Shown here: positions 15,256 to 28,957 of the stretch, one piece after another | How the letters are laid out: each line of letters starts with the position of its first letter | How positions within the stretch are numbered: the stretch's first letter is position 1 | NCBI RefSeq assembly: GCF_009914755.1 | Contig: NC_060927.1 | Source: the human T2T-CHM13v2.0 reference genome, Homo sapiens | Direction: 5' to 3' (one strand) | Length of the DNA: 64,000 nucleotides | The notes under the pieces: model-generated | The model's database searches: none | The model's input: only the letters and a program-made list of their open reading frames with translations | What the model was told of the DNA's origin: nothing | Program-made: the position numbers and the translations under genes

Positions 15256-15399
15256 GAAGCAATGAGCAGTCAATGGAAGCTAGGTTTTCTTCCATTTTTG
15301 GTATTGTACCAGACGTGCAAAGAATTTTACTCTTCACCGTCTCCCTGCCTCCACGCTACCTTCTTAAAAAACCTACATTTGTCCTCTTCTCAGAAAGCC

Positions 15400-15836
15400 T
15401 ATACTCAGAGCAACAGCTATATAGTCAGTGGATCAGGTGACCCCAAAATGTAACCATTGGACCACAGGTATTCTCATGAGCCAAGCTAAGACAATACACT
15501 TCCCTTACCAGGACTTTTAAATTTGAACTTATAATTGATTGAGTTTTTGTTAGGACTTCAATTACCAGATGATAAAAAGCAGGAAACAGGAAACTTATAT
15601 AGTCAGTCTCTGCTGTGTTAATGAAGAATCAGAGAAATAGCCACTATTGAAAGAGAGAGAAGGATAACTAGATTTACAGAGAGAAATAGAGAGGTGAAGA
15701 AACGAATTTGGTTCTCAACTGATTCTACTCTTTGAGAGGTTTGGCTATGTCTCTGGTATTCTTCTGATGCATTTTACAGTTTGTTTAAGTTAAATGAGTT
15801 TGTGTGCCTTACTATCAAATGGTAACTTGACAGACA
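15400..15836 (+). mobile_element. Old MLT1-type MaLR LTR, degenerate
   Basis: 3' end tttgtttaagttaaatgagtttgtgtgccttactatcaaatggtaacttgacagaca resembles old MLT1 termini. Confidence 0.4.
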
Positions 15837-17279
15837 TTTATCAGTCAGTGGGAAGTAATAGACCCCTGGGAAAAATTGTAGAATATTAAGGATAGTGAAA
15901 ATGTCATCATTTGAAGCAGAGGGATAGTCTTACTTGTCGACGATGAAACAATAAACTGGCCCTTGTATTTTCTTGGCACACACTAACACTGATTCTTTAA
16001 GAAAAGAGTTTTAAAGGAAAGATTTATGAACCCAAAGAAGAATATAACATTTCAAATATGAAAATGTCCTGTGAAAATCCCTATCTGTGTCTGAGATGTC
16101 TTAAATTCTGAAATTGCTGAAATTCAGATTAAGAAATTAGGTAAACGTTGTGTTTAATTGCAGCTGCTGAATTCTCTGACCCTTTGCACATCTGTGGCCA
16201 AGCTACATAGGTTAGCAAAGAGTAGGATTCTGACTTTTGGAATGGTATGAGGGAGAAGCTGGATGTGATGGAGGACCCCAATTTTACCAGGTTATTACAT
16301 TCTATGTTCTTCTTGTGTATATTTCATGCTCAACAGAGTTGATAACATTTCCCAATGTAAATCACCTTCAGTGATTAGAATTCAGTATGAACCTTGAGGG
16401 TCTGGCATTCCCTGCATATCATGAGAACAAATTCTAGAGCAGTTCATTGTTTTTTGGCCTCTGTTCATTGTATCATTCATTCATTTATTAATTAATATCT
16501 TCATTGATCTGTCTTCTTTTGAGAATTTAATGTATTCTTAGCATTCTTTTGGGCATAGAGGATATAATAGTGAACAAAACAAGTTTCTCTTCACAGAGAT
16601 TTTATTCTAACAGAATATTTCAGAAACATATATTCTTTGAAGGAAATAAAGTAATAGAAAGAAGTGATTGTGAAGGTGGAAGGATAGTACGAGTTATCTA
16701 TAATGGTCAAGGAGGCTCTCCCTTGTAATGGGATAACTGAGCTGAGGCCCATATAATAAGAAAGGACCAACTGTGCACAAATTTGGGAAAAGGAGAAGAA
16801 ACAGCAAATGTGAAGACCCTGAGACAGGAAATGTTTGGTGTGTTCAAGGGGCAGGAAAAAAATCCAGAAAGCTAGAGTCCAGCAAAAGATGATGAGCATT
16901 GTGAATAATGAGCTCAGGGACATTACAAAATTCAGATCATATATAGCCTTATAAACCATATTAAGGCATTTGGATTTTATGTCAGTTGTGATTGCAAATT
17001 GTAAACAGAGGAGTAATCTGAACTCATTTGAGCTTAATATTAAAAAGACACTTTATATGCCTTGAGGAAGAATAAATGAAGTGGGCCAAGGAAGGAACTA
17101 GGTTTTATGATGTTCTAGGACACATGAGAGTGGCTTGGGCTACAATGTGAATGCTGAAAAGTGACCAGGAGAACAGACTGGAGGTGCAGGGGAAGGACAG
17201 GGAAGTGACTGATGGCATTTAGGTTTGTGGCCTGAGCATCTGTGTAGACAATGGTGTCATAGATTGAGATTAGAAATTA

Positions 17280-17515
17280 CAGGTTGAGTATCCCTTATTT
17301 GAAATACTTGGGACCAGAAGTGGTTTGGATTTTGAATTTATTTGGATTTTGGAACATTTACATTATACTTACAGTTATGCATTTCTAATTTTAAAATCCA
17401 AAATCCAAAATGAGCATTTATTTTCTTTGAGCATTATATCCACACTGACAAAGTTTTGGCTTTGGAATGTTTTGGATTTAAGATTTTCAGATTAGGATTG
17501 GGAGTACTCAACCTG
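17280..17515. mobile_element. Tigger4a (MER46A-type) MITE
   Basis: TIRs CAGGTTGAGTA...TACTCAACCTG, TA before, ~236 bp. Confidence 0.87.
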
Positions 17516-18295
17516 CATGAAGGAAAGGCAGATCTGAAGGATGGGTATAGTTGTTCAGGACTTGGAATGCCTATTGGCAAGAGTAAATGTGGAAGAGGCA
17601 ACTGGATTTATGGGTTTGGGGCTCATGGATGGACACATTTTGGGTACAGAAATAGATTTGGAGTCAGCAGCAAATAGATAATATTAAAAGCCAAAGGAAG
17701 AACTGGATGAAAACATTTAAGTGAGTGAAAATAAATGAGGGTGTCTAGGATTGTGCTTTCAGTAACTGAAGTGTTTATAGTCAGGAACAAAGGGAGAAGT
17801 CAGAAAAAGACACTGTACAGTCAGAGAAGACCAGGAAAAAATTTATTTCAAGGAGTGAGTGGTCAATCTTGTCAAGTATTGCCAAGAGGCTGAGTAAGAA
17901 GAGAAGATAAAACTGATGATGTAACTAGACAATATCGATGCCATAGTGACCTGAATAAAGAAATTGAAGCCCAACTTGAGGGATCTTTAGGAGAGAAATA
18001 TAGGTAGTAATTACAGACAAATAAATATTTTGAAGAATTTTTTTTACTGAAGAGTTGAAGAGAAATGCAGAGAAAAATCCAAGAAAGTTCTTATTTTAAA
18101 GGTACAATAAAGAAAAGTAAATTTGCATTCTGATGGGAATGATTCTTTTGACTATTGTAGAAATATATTCCTGTAAATATATTCCCATTATCATGGGAAT
18201 GATTCAGGAGTGAGACAGAAACTGATGTTGCTGGAAGCGGGTAAATAATGGCAGAACAGAAGACCCTGAGTAGGAAAGAAAGGATAGGATCTGGA

Positions 18296-18568
18296 GCAGC
18301 ACTGTTAAAAAAAAAGTATAATGTGAGCCACATAAGTAATTTAAAATTTTCTAGTAGCCACATTAAAAGCATAAAAAGAAACAGGTAAAATTAATTTTAA
18401 AATTTTAAATTTAACCTTAGATATCCAAAATATTCTCATTTCAACATGTATTATTATAAAATTATTGAGTTTTTTTACTGTTTGTATATTAAGTCTTTGA
18501 AATTTGGCATAAATTTTATGCTTACAGCAATATCAATTTGGATTAGTCATGTATAAAGTGCTCAACAG
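18296..18568 (+). mobile_element. MER33 (hAT-Charlie)
   Basis: tataatgtgagccacataagtaatttaaaattttctagtagccacattaaaa...gtgctcaacag. Confidence 0.82.
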
Positions 18569-19075
18569 AGTGTAAATGGAGGGTTTGGCATGAGATAAAA
18601 CGTATAGAAATTTCATTCATTGTAACATGAGGTAAGACAGAAATATATGTAAATGAACAGTGCTGTTTGGTGGTGGGAATAAGAGATGGCTGTCATCTGA
18701 CTTTATGTTTTAAGTGATGTCTGAAGAAGTGTTAGACATTTTAATAGAAGACAAGAAATAGGTGTTGCAAAAATGGCTATTTTGTTTTCATTTTTTAATT
18801 TTTTAAAAATATTTTGTCAAGGACCCAATATGGAAAGAGGTAAAATGGCCATTTTGGAGAGTGGAAGGATGAATCTTTAGGGTTCATTACCTTCAAACAT
18901 TGAAAATGGGTGTCCTAGTTCAAGTTTTTTCTCAGCCAAAGAAGCCTAGAAGGAATGAACAAATTTGACTACTTCATGGTGGTAACGTATCACAGAGCAG
19001 TAGAACCTATAAGATTTCTACCTGGAGACATCAGAAGAGAATTTACTGTCACAGAAAGAAATAAAAATCCAGGTA

Positions 19076-19303
19076 CAGTTGACCCTTGAGTAACATGTGT
19101 GGATCCACTTATACATGGAATTTTTTCTACAAAACTTGGATGGAAACTGTGACATTCACTGGATGCAAAACCCATGTATACAGAGGGCCAACTTTTTATA
19201 TACAGAGGGTCTGCAGGGACAACTGTAGGACTTGTGTATTCCTAGGTTTTGGTATATTGAGCTGGTTCTGGAACCAACCCCCTTGTATGCTGATGGACGA
19301 CTG
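19076..19303. mobile_element. MER8 (Tigger2-derived)
   Basis: TA then CAGTTGACCCTTGA start, ends ggaaccaacccc...gacgactg. Confidence 0.82.
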
Positions 19304-19309
19304 CCTAAT

Positions 19310-19665
19310 GAACAGGGGCCAGTGCTTGAAATTGCCATCATACCCTCTCTATTTATCCCATATGTCCACTATGAGGCATAATAGAACCAGTTGGAAGAGT
19401 CTGCCAACCTTCCACTATGTGAACAGAAAAGTAGACGACACTTCAGAAAGAGTGAATGAAGCATACATAGAAAGAAGCAGAGATGAGAGACCAACAAACC
19501 TAGACAGGTTGAGAGTATAACTTTGGTTCCAGTTATTGGTTCTAATCCCTTTTCAGGTCTATTGCTTTTCTTGGTTTTGTGTTCTAAGACATAGCCCTTA
19601 TCCTGCTACTATATAAATTACTCCCCTTTTTATTATACTTGTTTAGTGTTTTCTGTGACTTGCAG
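19310..19665 (+). mobile_element. Old MLT1-type MaLR LTR fragment
   Basis: 3' end ataaattactcccctttttattatacttgtttagtgttttctgtgacttgca. Confidence 0.4.
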
Positions 19666-21189
19666 CTCTGCCTCCTTCATTGGTAGAGATAATAAGGTCC
19701 TGAATTTAATGTGGAGTTAGTGGGCTAGGTGTAAAGAATTACATCACAAGGGGCTGACTGAGGAGAAAGACCTGACAGTGGTCATGGAACAAAACACATT
19801 CATCATGACTATCTTTTTGTCTTATTTTAAAACCTACATACTTATTTACCCAACTTAGACATAATACTATTTTAGTACAAAGAGAATGTATCAAAGGCAA
19901 AATAAGAAAATAAAAATCACCAAAACTCCAATAAACAGTATTGACTACTCTTTTCTCTTTGGTGTATCATTTACTGAATTGGATACAAATATATCTTCTG
20001 TCCATAAATAGATTCTTTGTCCAAAAAATCAAAGAAGAGACTCTTTTGATTATTGTAGAAATATATTCTTGTAAAGAACTTTCCTCATTCTCCTTGCCTC
20101 CTTTACTCCATTCTACTTTTCTTTATTTCATCTCCCAAGGAAAGAGTTATTCAGCCTTTGTTCCCTGAACTTTCTTCGTTTTATTTTTTCAAAATACCAT
20201 AGAGATGCTGACATGCTCTTGAAATATCAGTAAGAAATTCCATTTGGGCTCTTGCAATTGCTGGCCTGTATGGAGATAGGGCTGCTGCTGTCCGAGAGAT
20301 TTCTAAACTAATCATACTTTTAATTTCTTCAAAATTGAGCAATGGTTTCTTGGGAACTCCTCTAATGCCTCAACTTAGAGATGGCCTCTGGAACTTGAGG
20401 CCAGCTCAACAAATCTGTCACTGTAATAACAACATCCTAAACAGAATCTTGGAAATGAAGGAAGCAAGCTTTGCAGCATTTACTTAGGGTTTCTGCAAAG
20501 GCTCTTCTTCTGGGTGAAATAATTACTCTGAGGCATTACCTACTAGCAAAACAGCATCCCAAGAAGCTGGAGTTAAATGCCAGAGACTTCTGAAAACAAA
20601 AGTAAGACAAGCCTCAATTTCAAAGTTCTTATTTTTGGCAGCTTCTGTAGTTACCTGATGGGAGAAGAAATTTTCCCCAGACTTAGCGCTGTGATGAGCA
20701 TGGACTGTGAGATCAAGTCAATTTTCTGCTGCTACAGTGGGCTAAAATAACGCTACCTATTCACCAGCCTAGAGAGAAATTCGATTTTGTTTTTATTAAG
20801 CTGAAACTTCTCTTGATACTCACAGTGAGTCCATAGGGGAGCAGAAACACAACCTGTACCTGCTTCTTCAATTTAGGAAATCTTGCTGAATATGTAACAG
20901 GGCAATCGCGATGGGTTTTTACAGAAGCCACATACATACATATAAAGTCAGACATATTTTTCTCATATACCTCTTTCATCAGCCAGTTTTCTTACTCTCA
21001 ATCTTGTCTGTACATCTGTCAAAACAGCACAATTTACACCAAATCATCTACATTTGTTTTCCATTTAGTAAAAATCCATCTACCTGCAGATGGTAGTTTA
21101 TGGTGTGTATGTGGGATTCCTCTCACTCTGAGTGCATGTCTTACGTCTTCAAAAGATAATATATTAGCTGGAATTTATCGGGCATCTAT

Positions 21190-21480
21190 GTATTTATTAT
21201 ATTGTCATAGAATGTTTCATGAGGTTAGGGACCATTTCTGCTTGTTCAACCCTGAACCATCAATACATGTTTTCACAAGTATTGACAGTTTGCCCATAGA
21301 AGGTGCTCCAAAAGTATGCATTAAATCAACAGACTACATGCACTCATGTGTTAAAACACTCTTGCTAAATAGGTATTATTGTCTTAATTTTGTAAGAGGG
21401 GAAAACAAGTCTCAGAAAAGTTAAGTAATCACTCAAAAGTCATACAATGAATAAGAAAAGAACTGGACTTCAAATTTAGT
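21190..21480. mobile_element. L2 3' end (+) followed by a MIR fragment (-)
   Basis: agaatgtttcatgaggttagggacc...cccatagaaggtgctccaaaagtatg, then aattttgtaagaggggaaaacaagtctcagaaaagttaagtaa. Confidence 0.55.
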
Positions 21481-22391
21481 TTTATTCACCTCCTCCTTCC
21501 ATCCCATCCTACCATACTTCTTCAAATACAGCTTTGATGTGGAAAACACCTATTTTTCTGACAGATTTCCATTGTTAATTGCATGTTTTATAGTTTTAAA
21601 GGGAGCCGAACACAAGCTATCTTTGCCATGCAAAAATCAGAGAGAATGAGATACTTGCTGATTTTTCTGACTTTATAAACAGACATGCACAGGCAGTTTT
21701 ATGTTAATGTGTTAACTCAGTTGTTTTGGTTCAAGTTTGCTTTGGAAACTGAGTCAACTACTCCCTTTTACCCATGCTTCTCCAATAAGCCTCTCTTATT
21801 GCTTTACCCACCACATCTTACTATAAAGACCCACAAGGTGGCTATAAGAGTGGGAGATCTCAGTAAGTTTCCATAATTGTAACAGGGTTTGGCTTGCAGT
21901 GTCTTATGGAAGATAAGCTGAAAAACTCTTACCTTTTAATTAGCAAAAGCTAGTCTGATTATGGTTCCTTGTTCATTTTAAATTGATAAAAACTTTGCTA
22001 TAAAAAAGTAGCAATAAAATACATGAAGACATCTAGCTATCAAAGACCACACCTCCATATAGTTATTATATCCCATATTTCTCTCTTGAATTCCTACATT
22101 CTTACATTTTAAATTCTGTTTCCCTTCAGGACATTTGGATCTCCCAGTATCACTTAAGTGTATCCTTCCTTTTTCTATTCCATCTCATTTCTGTGTTAGT
22201 TTTTGATTTGTGTATTTTTGCTAACCTATCTCCCTTCCCCTTTCTGGAATTCTTGTTTAAAAGGCACATTTAGTTCTCATTTCTTCTATATATATTTAAT
22301 TTGCTGCTGGGAGAATATCTTTGGCAGGAAGAAACAGTTGTTGGCCATTTCTCCATTAACACTAAAAAATAACACCAATCTTGCCAGCAAA

Positions 22392-22441
22392 ACACACACA
22401 TGCACACACACACACACACACACATACGCACAAACACACAG
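22392..22441. repeat. Imperfect (CA)n microsatellite
   Basis: Directly visible CA run. Confidence 0.95.
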
Positions 22442-23987
22442 AGGTTTCATATGTAAAAGAGATATGCAGACATGTAGTATGGCTTATTTCTTAGGTATCT
22501 TGCTTTTTTTCTTTTTACATTTCCATTTTTGGCTACTACCAGCAAAAATGATTTTAAAAAATCATTATGTCATTTCTTTGCCTCCTGCTTTTCCTTTTTC
22601 TCTCAATTTTTTCATCTCTCTCGTTTTTCCTTATTTCTTCTCCCATTACACCTTAGACTGTCCAAAGTGGACAAATCATGTTAAAAGCATTAGGAGCTTT
22701 TAACTTGCATTCTATTTTTCCAGGAGCTAAGAAGAGGACTGCTTCCTGTTTGGGTATTTTCATTAAGGTGAACATGTCAAACTGAGAGAGAAATATTAAT
22801 GGCAATAGTCTAATTTCTGTATGCCTGATGACAGGTTCTGATTTTATCCCATGTCTCCAGATAGCACCTTTTTTTTTTTTTTGGCAAAGAGGATATGAGA
22901 GTGCTGAGATTATAAGGGCTAGAAAAATTAAATAACTTATTTGCTCATTTTATGAGTAGCATGAATATCAGTGCTTCTCACATTTGGCACCATGAATATT
23001 TTTGAATAACAATCCAAATACATTCAGCTGTTGGGTATTAGCTATGCCTGCTCAGGAATATTGCCAGCTGCAGGTTGGAGCAAAAACACTGAACTTGGAG
23101 TGCATCATATTATCCTGATGGAAAATCCACTCAACAGCAATTGACATAGTTGTTAGCAGAGATCCAAAGCCCTATTGAGAAGAGATTTAGGACATCTGGG
23201 GCTTCCTAGGTCTTTTCTTCAATTTGCCCTGTGTTTCAGTACACAAGAGTGTTTACATCGTGACTTCATATAAACCTTTCTCTCTGTACGTCTCATTTGG
23301 CACTTATTATATATTGCTTTATATTCTTTATACACCTATGCATTATGGGACATAAGTGCCCTATCTTTGAAATAACATAATGCAATTATTAAATTATCTC
23401 TATCTAGTGTCTTATACATCATATATTCTCAATGATAATGTTTAACGGTGAAGGCCATTCAATTTTGTCTCATTTTTCATTTGAGCTTCAGCTGTGTTTT
23501 CCCTTCTTACCCTTGCTTACAAATCTTTCTCTAATTTTGTCATAACTTTTTTCTTTGTTTAAATTTTTGGAAAATGTGAGTTTTAAGTCTGATTTTAAGG
23601 AGCTCAAGGGAAACTGATTACAATCTGGTGGCAACTGCTAATTGTGATTTGCAATGCAGTTTCGGGAATGATTTGGGTGGAAATGATGAAGAGCATGAAG
23701 CTGCGGGTCGAAGCAGTATGAGAAATAAAGTTAGATGGCTAAGGAGAGACAATTGACAATGGTATTGTTATCATCCTAATTTTATGAGGCAGGAAGCTAG
23801 AGACTATTCTTGCCTTTTCATAAATTTATTCCCATCTCTTTCAATGACCTGTCAATTTTACTTCTAAATATCTCTTGAATGTGTTCAGTTACCTTTATTT
23901 CTGCTACGCCTACTCCTGTCAAGAAATCCACATTATCTTTGTGGTCTCCTATAATGCCATACTAATTGCACCTCATTCATTTATTCT

Positions 23988-24110
23988 TTTAAATTTATTG
24001 TTCTTATTAAATTTGTTTTTAAATTTATTATTCTTATTAAATTTATTTTTAAATTTATTATTAAATTTATTATTCTTTTAAATTTCATTTAATTTCATTT
24101 AATAATTATT
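23988..24110. repeat. AT-rich minisatellite-like tract with a TTAAATTT(A/G)TT core
   Basis: About 7 copies of ttaaattt in 12-18 bp units, roughly 30-bp higher-order period. Confidence 0.8.
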
Positions 24111-24420
24111 AAGCATCTGCCTAGGAAAACAATAATAAACAACAAAGACATTTTTCTGCCTTAACGAAGTATCTAGTATAGTTGGAGGAACAGTTTTTGA
24201 TACAACTGAGCAAAATGTGATGAGTACCATGACATAGTAAACACTAGAGCTGGCCCCTTCCTGCAATGAGTTCTCACATCAAGGATGATTTCCTAAAAAT
24301 ACCAATATACATACCATTCCTGTGCTTACAAATGTTTCAGTGGCTCAGCATTGCCTTTCAGATGAATGCAGAACTTCTTAACATTGCCTTGAGACCCTCC
24401 ATGTTCTGGCCTCTACTGAC

Positions 24421-24442
24421 CTCTCTCTCTCTCTCTCTCTCT
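24421..24442. repeat. (CT)n microsatellite
   Basis: Directly visible. Confidence 0.95.
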
Positions 24443-24548
24443 CGGAGAGATTATGCAATTCATTTTTAATTTTTTTATTAATGTATATTTATTACATATT
24501 ATAAAATTAATGTAATATATTAAATACATTAATTTATGTTATATATAT

Positions 24549-25242
24549 ATTTTATTTTATTTTATTTTATTATTATACTTTAAGTTTTAGGGTACATGTG
24601 CACAATGTGCAGATTTTTTACATATGTATACATGTGCCATGTTGGTGTGCTGCACCCATTAACTTGTCATTTAGCATTAGGTATATCTCCTAATGCTATC
24701 CCTCCCCCCTCCCCCCACCCCACAACAGTCCCCAGAGTGTGATGTTCCCCTTCCTGTGTCCATGTGTTCTCACTGTTCAATTCCCAACTATGAGTGAGAA
24801 CATGCGGTGTTTGGTTTTTTGTCCCTGTGATAGTTTGCTGAGAATGATGGTTTCCAGTTTCATCCATGTCCCTACAAAGGACACGAACTGTTCATTTTTT
24901 ATGGCTGCATAGTATTCCATGGTGTATATGTGCCACATTTTCTTAATCCAGTCTATCATTGTTGGACATTTGGGTTGGTTCCAAGTCTTTGCTATTGTGA
25001 ATAGTGCCGCAATAAACATACGTGTGCATGTGTCTTTATAGCAGCATGATTTATAATCCTTTGGGTATATACCCAGTAATGGGATGGCTGGGTCAAATGG
25101 TATTTCTAGTTCTAGATCCCTGAAGAATCGCCACACTGACTTCCACAATGGTTGAACTAGTTTACAGTCCCACCAACAGTGTAAAAGTGTTCCTAATTCT
25201 CCACATCCTCTCCAGCACCTGTTGTTTCCTGCCTTTTTAATG
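24549..25242 (-). mobile_element. 5'-truncated L1PA (L1PA3/4-like) 3' end with a (TTTTA)n tail, inserted within L2 sequence
   Basis: Reverse complement of the L1 3' end. ORF 24777-25148 encodes the ORF2p C-terminus (WKSVWR...SLIVGN). Confidence 0.96.
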
Positions 25243-25619
25243 AATTTTTATTGTTTTTTAAATTGATGCATATGCTTACCTCTCTTGCCTGTCCTTATCT
25301 CTGCACACTTTTCTTTTAGGTTCTCTCTCTTATTGAGCAATTTCTCACATCAAGGTCTTTTCAAGTGCTCTCCTCTCTTTCTGCAAGTCTCCCCTATACC
25401 CCTCTTCACTGCAGCCTTTCTTAAGTCTCAGTTTAGATTTTCTTTTCCCTGGAAAATATTCCCTGAACTCCCTTCTAGGATTGGAGACTCTGTAGTCTGC
25501 TGCAGTAGCAACCCATATTACCCTATAATAGTACTTGCATTTCATAGTAAAAGCTTGTTTAATGTTCAGTCTATCCTGCTAGACCCTAAGTTCCGTGTCT
25601 GTTCAATTTAGTTGTATCC

Positions 25620-26060
25620 TGACAAGGATTCTTTGCTTGGTCAAACTTTAGTCAGGCACCTGAATCTTCTCCTAAGCCCACCTGTGCATTTCCTTAAAAA
25701 ATCTAGTTTTAGCAAATAACTTTGCTTAGTTTAGTTAGAATCCTTTATCCCCGATTATCTGATCACACTCAATGTCTAATCAAATTCTTTATCCTCCCCC
25801 ATCACCCAATGGATCATCCTGGTCTGTCTTCAGCAAGAATCCTGTTAGGTTGGTTTAGCCAGAATCTCCCTTGCCTCTCATGTTTCCTCTTAGTAATTTC
25901 ACATCCACTAACCCCCACCCTGCTACTTGGCTACAAATTCCAACTTGACTGTGCTATATTTGAAGTTGAGTCTGGTCTCTCTCTCTCTCAGTGCAAAATT
26001 CCATTGCTGTGGTTCCTATACCTATTGTGAGGTTCCTGTATAAAGTCTGCCTTAACAATC
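25620..26060 (+). mobile_element. ERV1 LTR, MER31-like
   Basis: TGACAAGGATTCTTTGCTTGGTCAAACTTTAGTCAGGC start; cttcagcaagaatcctgttaggttggtttagccagaatc. Confidence 0.75.
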
Positions 26061-26139
26061 CTGAGGGACTTGGAAAGTGCCCACACCAAGTGCAAAACAA
26101 ATAAATAAATCCATCTGATTTAGCCTCATTGTTATTTGT

Positions 26140-26770
26140 CCATTTTTCCTCCTACAGGTCTCTCAAATTAGTCCCTTCCTTTCATCCTTTTCTCCCTCTT
26201 TGGATCAGGCTTCAATTATTACAAGTCTCCAAGCCACTCGTTTTATCTTTAATATGGCTTCACTTAACCATTGTACATGTTTTGGCCAGAGTAATCTCAC
26301 CAAGAGGCAAATATGATCATACTGTTCCATTGCTTTAAGGAAGCATTTGAGTCTTCCTATTGCCTAGAGCATAAATCACCAAATTACTGAATACCATTAT
26401 TGGCCCTCTAATTTTTCCCCTGTAGTTCTCTGATCTTGATCTTTTATGCTATTTCATGCCACTTTGCTTTTGGGCATTCTGTTCCCTCTAACTAGAATGC
26501 TTTTTTTAAAAATCAATCTTTACTCAAATGTCTGGTTGGGAATTTTCTATTCATCTCAAAGAACTTTCCCAACTATATCCTCTTCTCCTGAGAAGTTCCT
26601 TCCGTGCTAAGGAAAGTTGGTTGTTCCTTCCTTTGTGCTACTAGTGTACATTGCACATATCTCTATTAAGATAATTTCTGGCTGTCATTTGAAACATTCA
26701 TATAGCTTTTTGATTCTTCTACTGGGCTACCATTTTATTCTTGGCACCTAGTATTTCTACTAAATGAAAA
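26140..26770 (+). mobile_element. L2 fragments
   Basis: aatatgatcatactgttccattgcttta...ctgttccctctaactagaatgc... Confidence 0.55.
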
Positions 26771-26856
26771 AAAAAATTGGAATACAAAGCAAATTGCTGT
26801 AACTGCTATCATACAGTTAGAGATAAAGTATATTATATATGCATTATCTACCACAC

Positions 26857-27302
26857 TGTATTAGGGTTGTCTAGAGGGACAGATCTAATAGGGTAGATGC
26901 ATATATAAAGGGGAGTTTGTTAAGGAGTATTGACTCACGCAATCACAAGGTGAGGTCTCACAATAGGCCGTCTGCAAGCTGAGGAGCAAGGAATCCAGTC
27001 CAAGTCCCAGTGCTGAAGAACGGAGACCAATGTTCGAGGGCAGGAAGCATCCAGCACAGGAGAAAGATGTAGGCCAGGAGACTAAACCAGTCTAATCTTT
27101 CTACTTTCTTCTGCCTGCTTTTGTTCTGGCCATGCTGGCAGCTGATTAGATGGTACCCACCCAGATTGAGGGTGGGTCTGCCTTTCCCAGTCCGCTGAGT
27201 CAAATGTTAATCTCCTTTGGCAACACCCTCACAGACACACCCAGGAACAATACTTTGCATCTTTCAATCCAATCAAGTTGACACTCAATATTAACCATCA
27301 CA
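26857..27302 (-). mobile_element. Complete MLT2A2/MLT2A1 ERVL solo LTR
   Basis: TG...CA termini, perfect 5-bp TSD CACAC (26852-26856 / 27303-27307). Confidence 0.93.
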
Positions 27303-28574
27303 CACACCTTTGGCAAAAGACAATTCTTGCAGTTAAAGTTACTAGAACAGAAGGGTCCCAGAGGCTCAGATGTTGTCAGTCTGTTACCTATGACTAAATA
27401 ATGTTGTTCATGCAATTTTCCCACCTCCCACCTTTGTGATAGAGATTTGTTGGTAAGCTCACAACTCTGGTAAAGCCTTCCTTGCCCACCTTTACAAATA
27501 TACTTCTGGCAGTTCAGTGGGCCTGGGAACACCTTCTATAGCTTCTCCTTCTCTAGAAGTTGTAATAATAACAGTTGTTATTATAGGAACTCACCTAGAT
27601 ACTCATGGTAACTATATGTAATTCCTGATATTAAGATCAAGCAAAATAAGCAAACAAGAAAGTGTGCTAACAGCATGTACCTCCTCTGAAATCAGTGTCA
27701 GGATGGGCATAGGTTTTAATTTCCTTAATCTGCTGATACTCATGCACATCCCTGCCATGAGGAAGGCCCAAACAAAAGATGGTTTGTCACCGTTATCCTC
27801 AGCAATATTTACACAGGATTAATCACATTTGAATGGGAATCTTATTATTTGATTTCTAATTTACATGGACTTTATAATTCTGAAGGACTAGAGGAATATT
27901 CATAGTAAATGAGGCATTAAAATACCTACAAAGAGGCAGGAAATACACAGACCAAGGTGGATTGCTAGTGTAGTCTCTGAGAAACTTTAATGGATGTAAC
28001 TTTCTTTTCATTCCTAGAAAAGGGGCAGTCTAAGTAATTTATGAAGCAATAGCCAGAAATTACCTATGCAAAAGCTTCCACTATCATAGGCTCTACTGCA
28101 AGAAAATGGACCACAACATGAAATATGTTTCTCAAATTGAAGTCAAGGTCAAAATATATTTTTGAGATACATACGGCTTACAAAGAGCTTATAGAGGAAG
28201 ATTCAATTGCAAAGAAATACACTTTGTAGAAAAGAGCATTCTGATAGGGTTAGAGTTAGAATAATTCTGCCAAACATGGCAGTCGCCAAGCAGATTTTGT
28301 AATGGTTAGCTTGAGTCTTTACCTTCCTATCACCTTTAAAAGTTTAAAAGATGTGATTTAGTCCAAAAACTATCATTGTTGTAGATCAGCAATCACTGAT
28401 GCTTCTCGTCTTAGGAAAATATTTTCATTTGAAAAACACTTTTTTAAGATTTCTAATGAAAAGAAACATATATATCTTGTATTTTTATATATATCATGTA
28501 TTTTTAAATCTCATTTTTAGTTTTTAGATAAGCATATAGTTTTTAGATAAGCATATAGATATGCAGAGAATATT

Positions 28575-28914
28575 TATTTATTATTTTATTTATTTATTTT
28601 ATTATACTTTAAGTTCTAGGGTACATGTGCACAACGTGCAGGTTTGTTACATAGGTATACATGTGCCATGTTGGTGTGCTGCACCCATCAACTCGTCATT
28701 TGCATTAAGTATTTCTCCTAATGCTCCCCCTGACCCCCGTGACAGGCCTCGGTGTGTGATGTTCCCCACCCTGTGTCTGAGTGTTCTCATTGTTCAGTTC
28801 CCACCTATGAGTGAGAACATGTGGTGTTTAGTTTTCTGTCCTTGCGATAGTTTGCTCAGAATGTCTGACAAAGGGCTAATATCCAGAATCTACAAAGAAC
28901 TTAAACAAATTTAT
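28575..28914 (-). mobile_element. 5'-inverted, truncated L1PA (L1PA5-8-like): antisense 3' end 28575-28863 plus sense ORF2 piece 28864-28914
   Basis: 28864-28914 matches + strand L1 positions ~936-986 of this window (tctgacaaagggctaatatccagaatctacaa). TSD GAGAATATT / GAGAATTTT. Confidence 0.9.
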
Positions 28915-28957
28915 GAGAATTTTAAAGTTGGTTAGTTATAGGGCTGCAACTCAAAAC

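Larger units (their letters stand above)
16473..18750 (-). mobile_element. Long L2 (L2a-like), interrupted by Tigger4a and MER33
   Basis: attcattcattt tail followed by purine-rich antisense L2 body (agcaaatgtgaagaccctgagacagg; agatttggagtcagcagcaaataga). Confidence 0.8.

Noticed and set aside
22203-22703. 166-aa ORF
   Set aside because: It has a TTG start, crosses a (CA)n microsatellite and T-rich low-complexity DNA, and has no recognisable domain.
23988-24110. Regularly spaced TTAAATTT repeats as a CRISPR-like array
   Set aside because: This is eukaryotic low-complexity slippage repeat, with no unique spacers and no cas genes.
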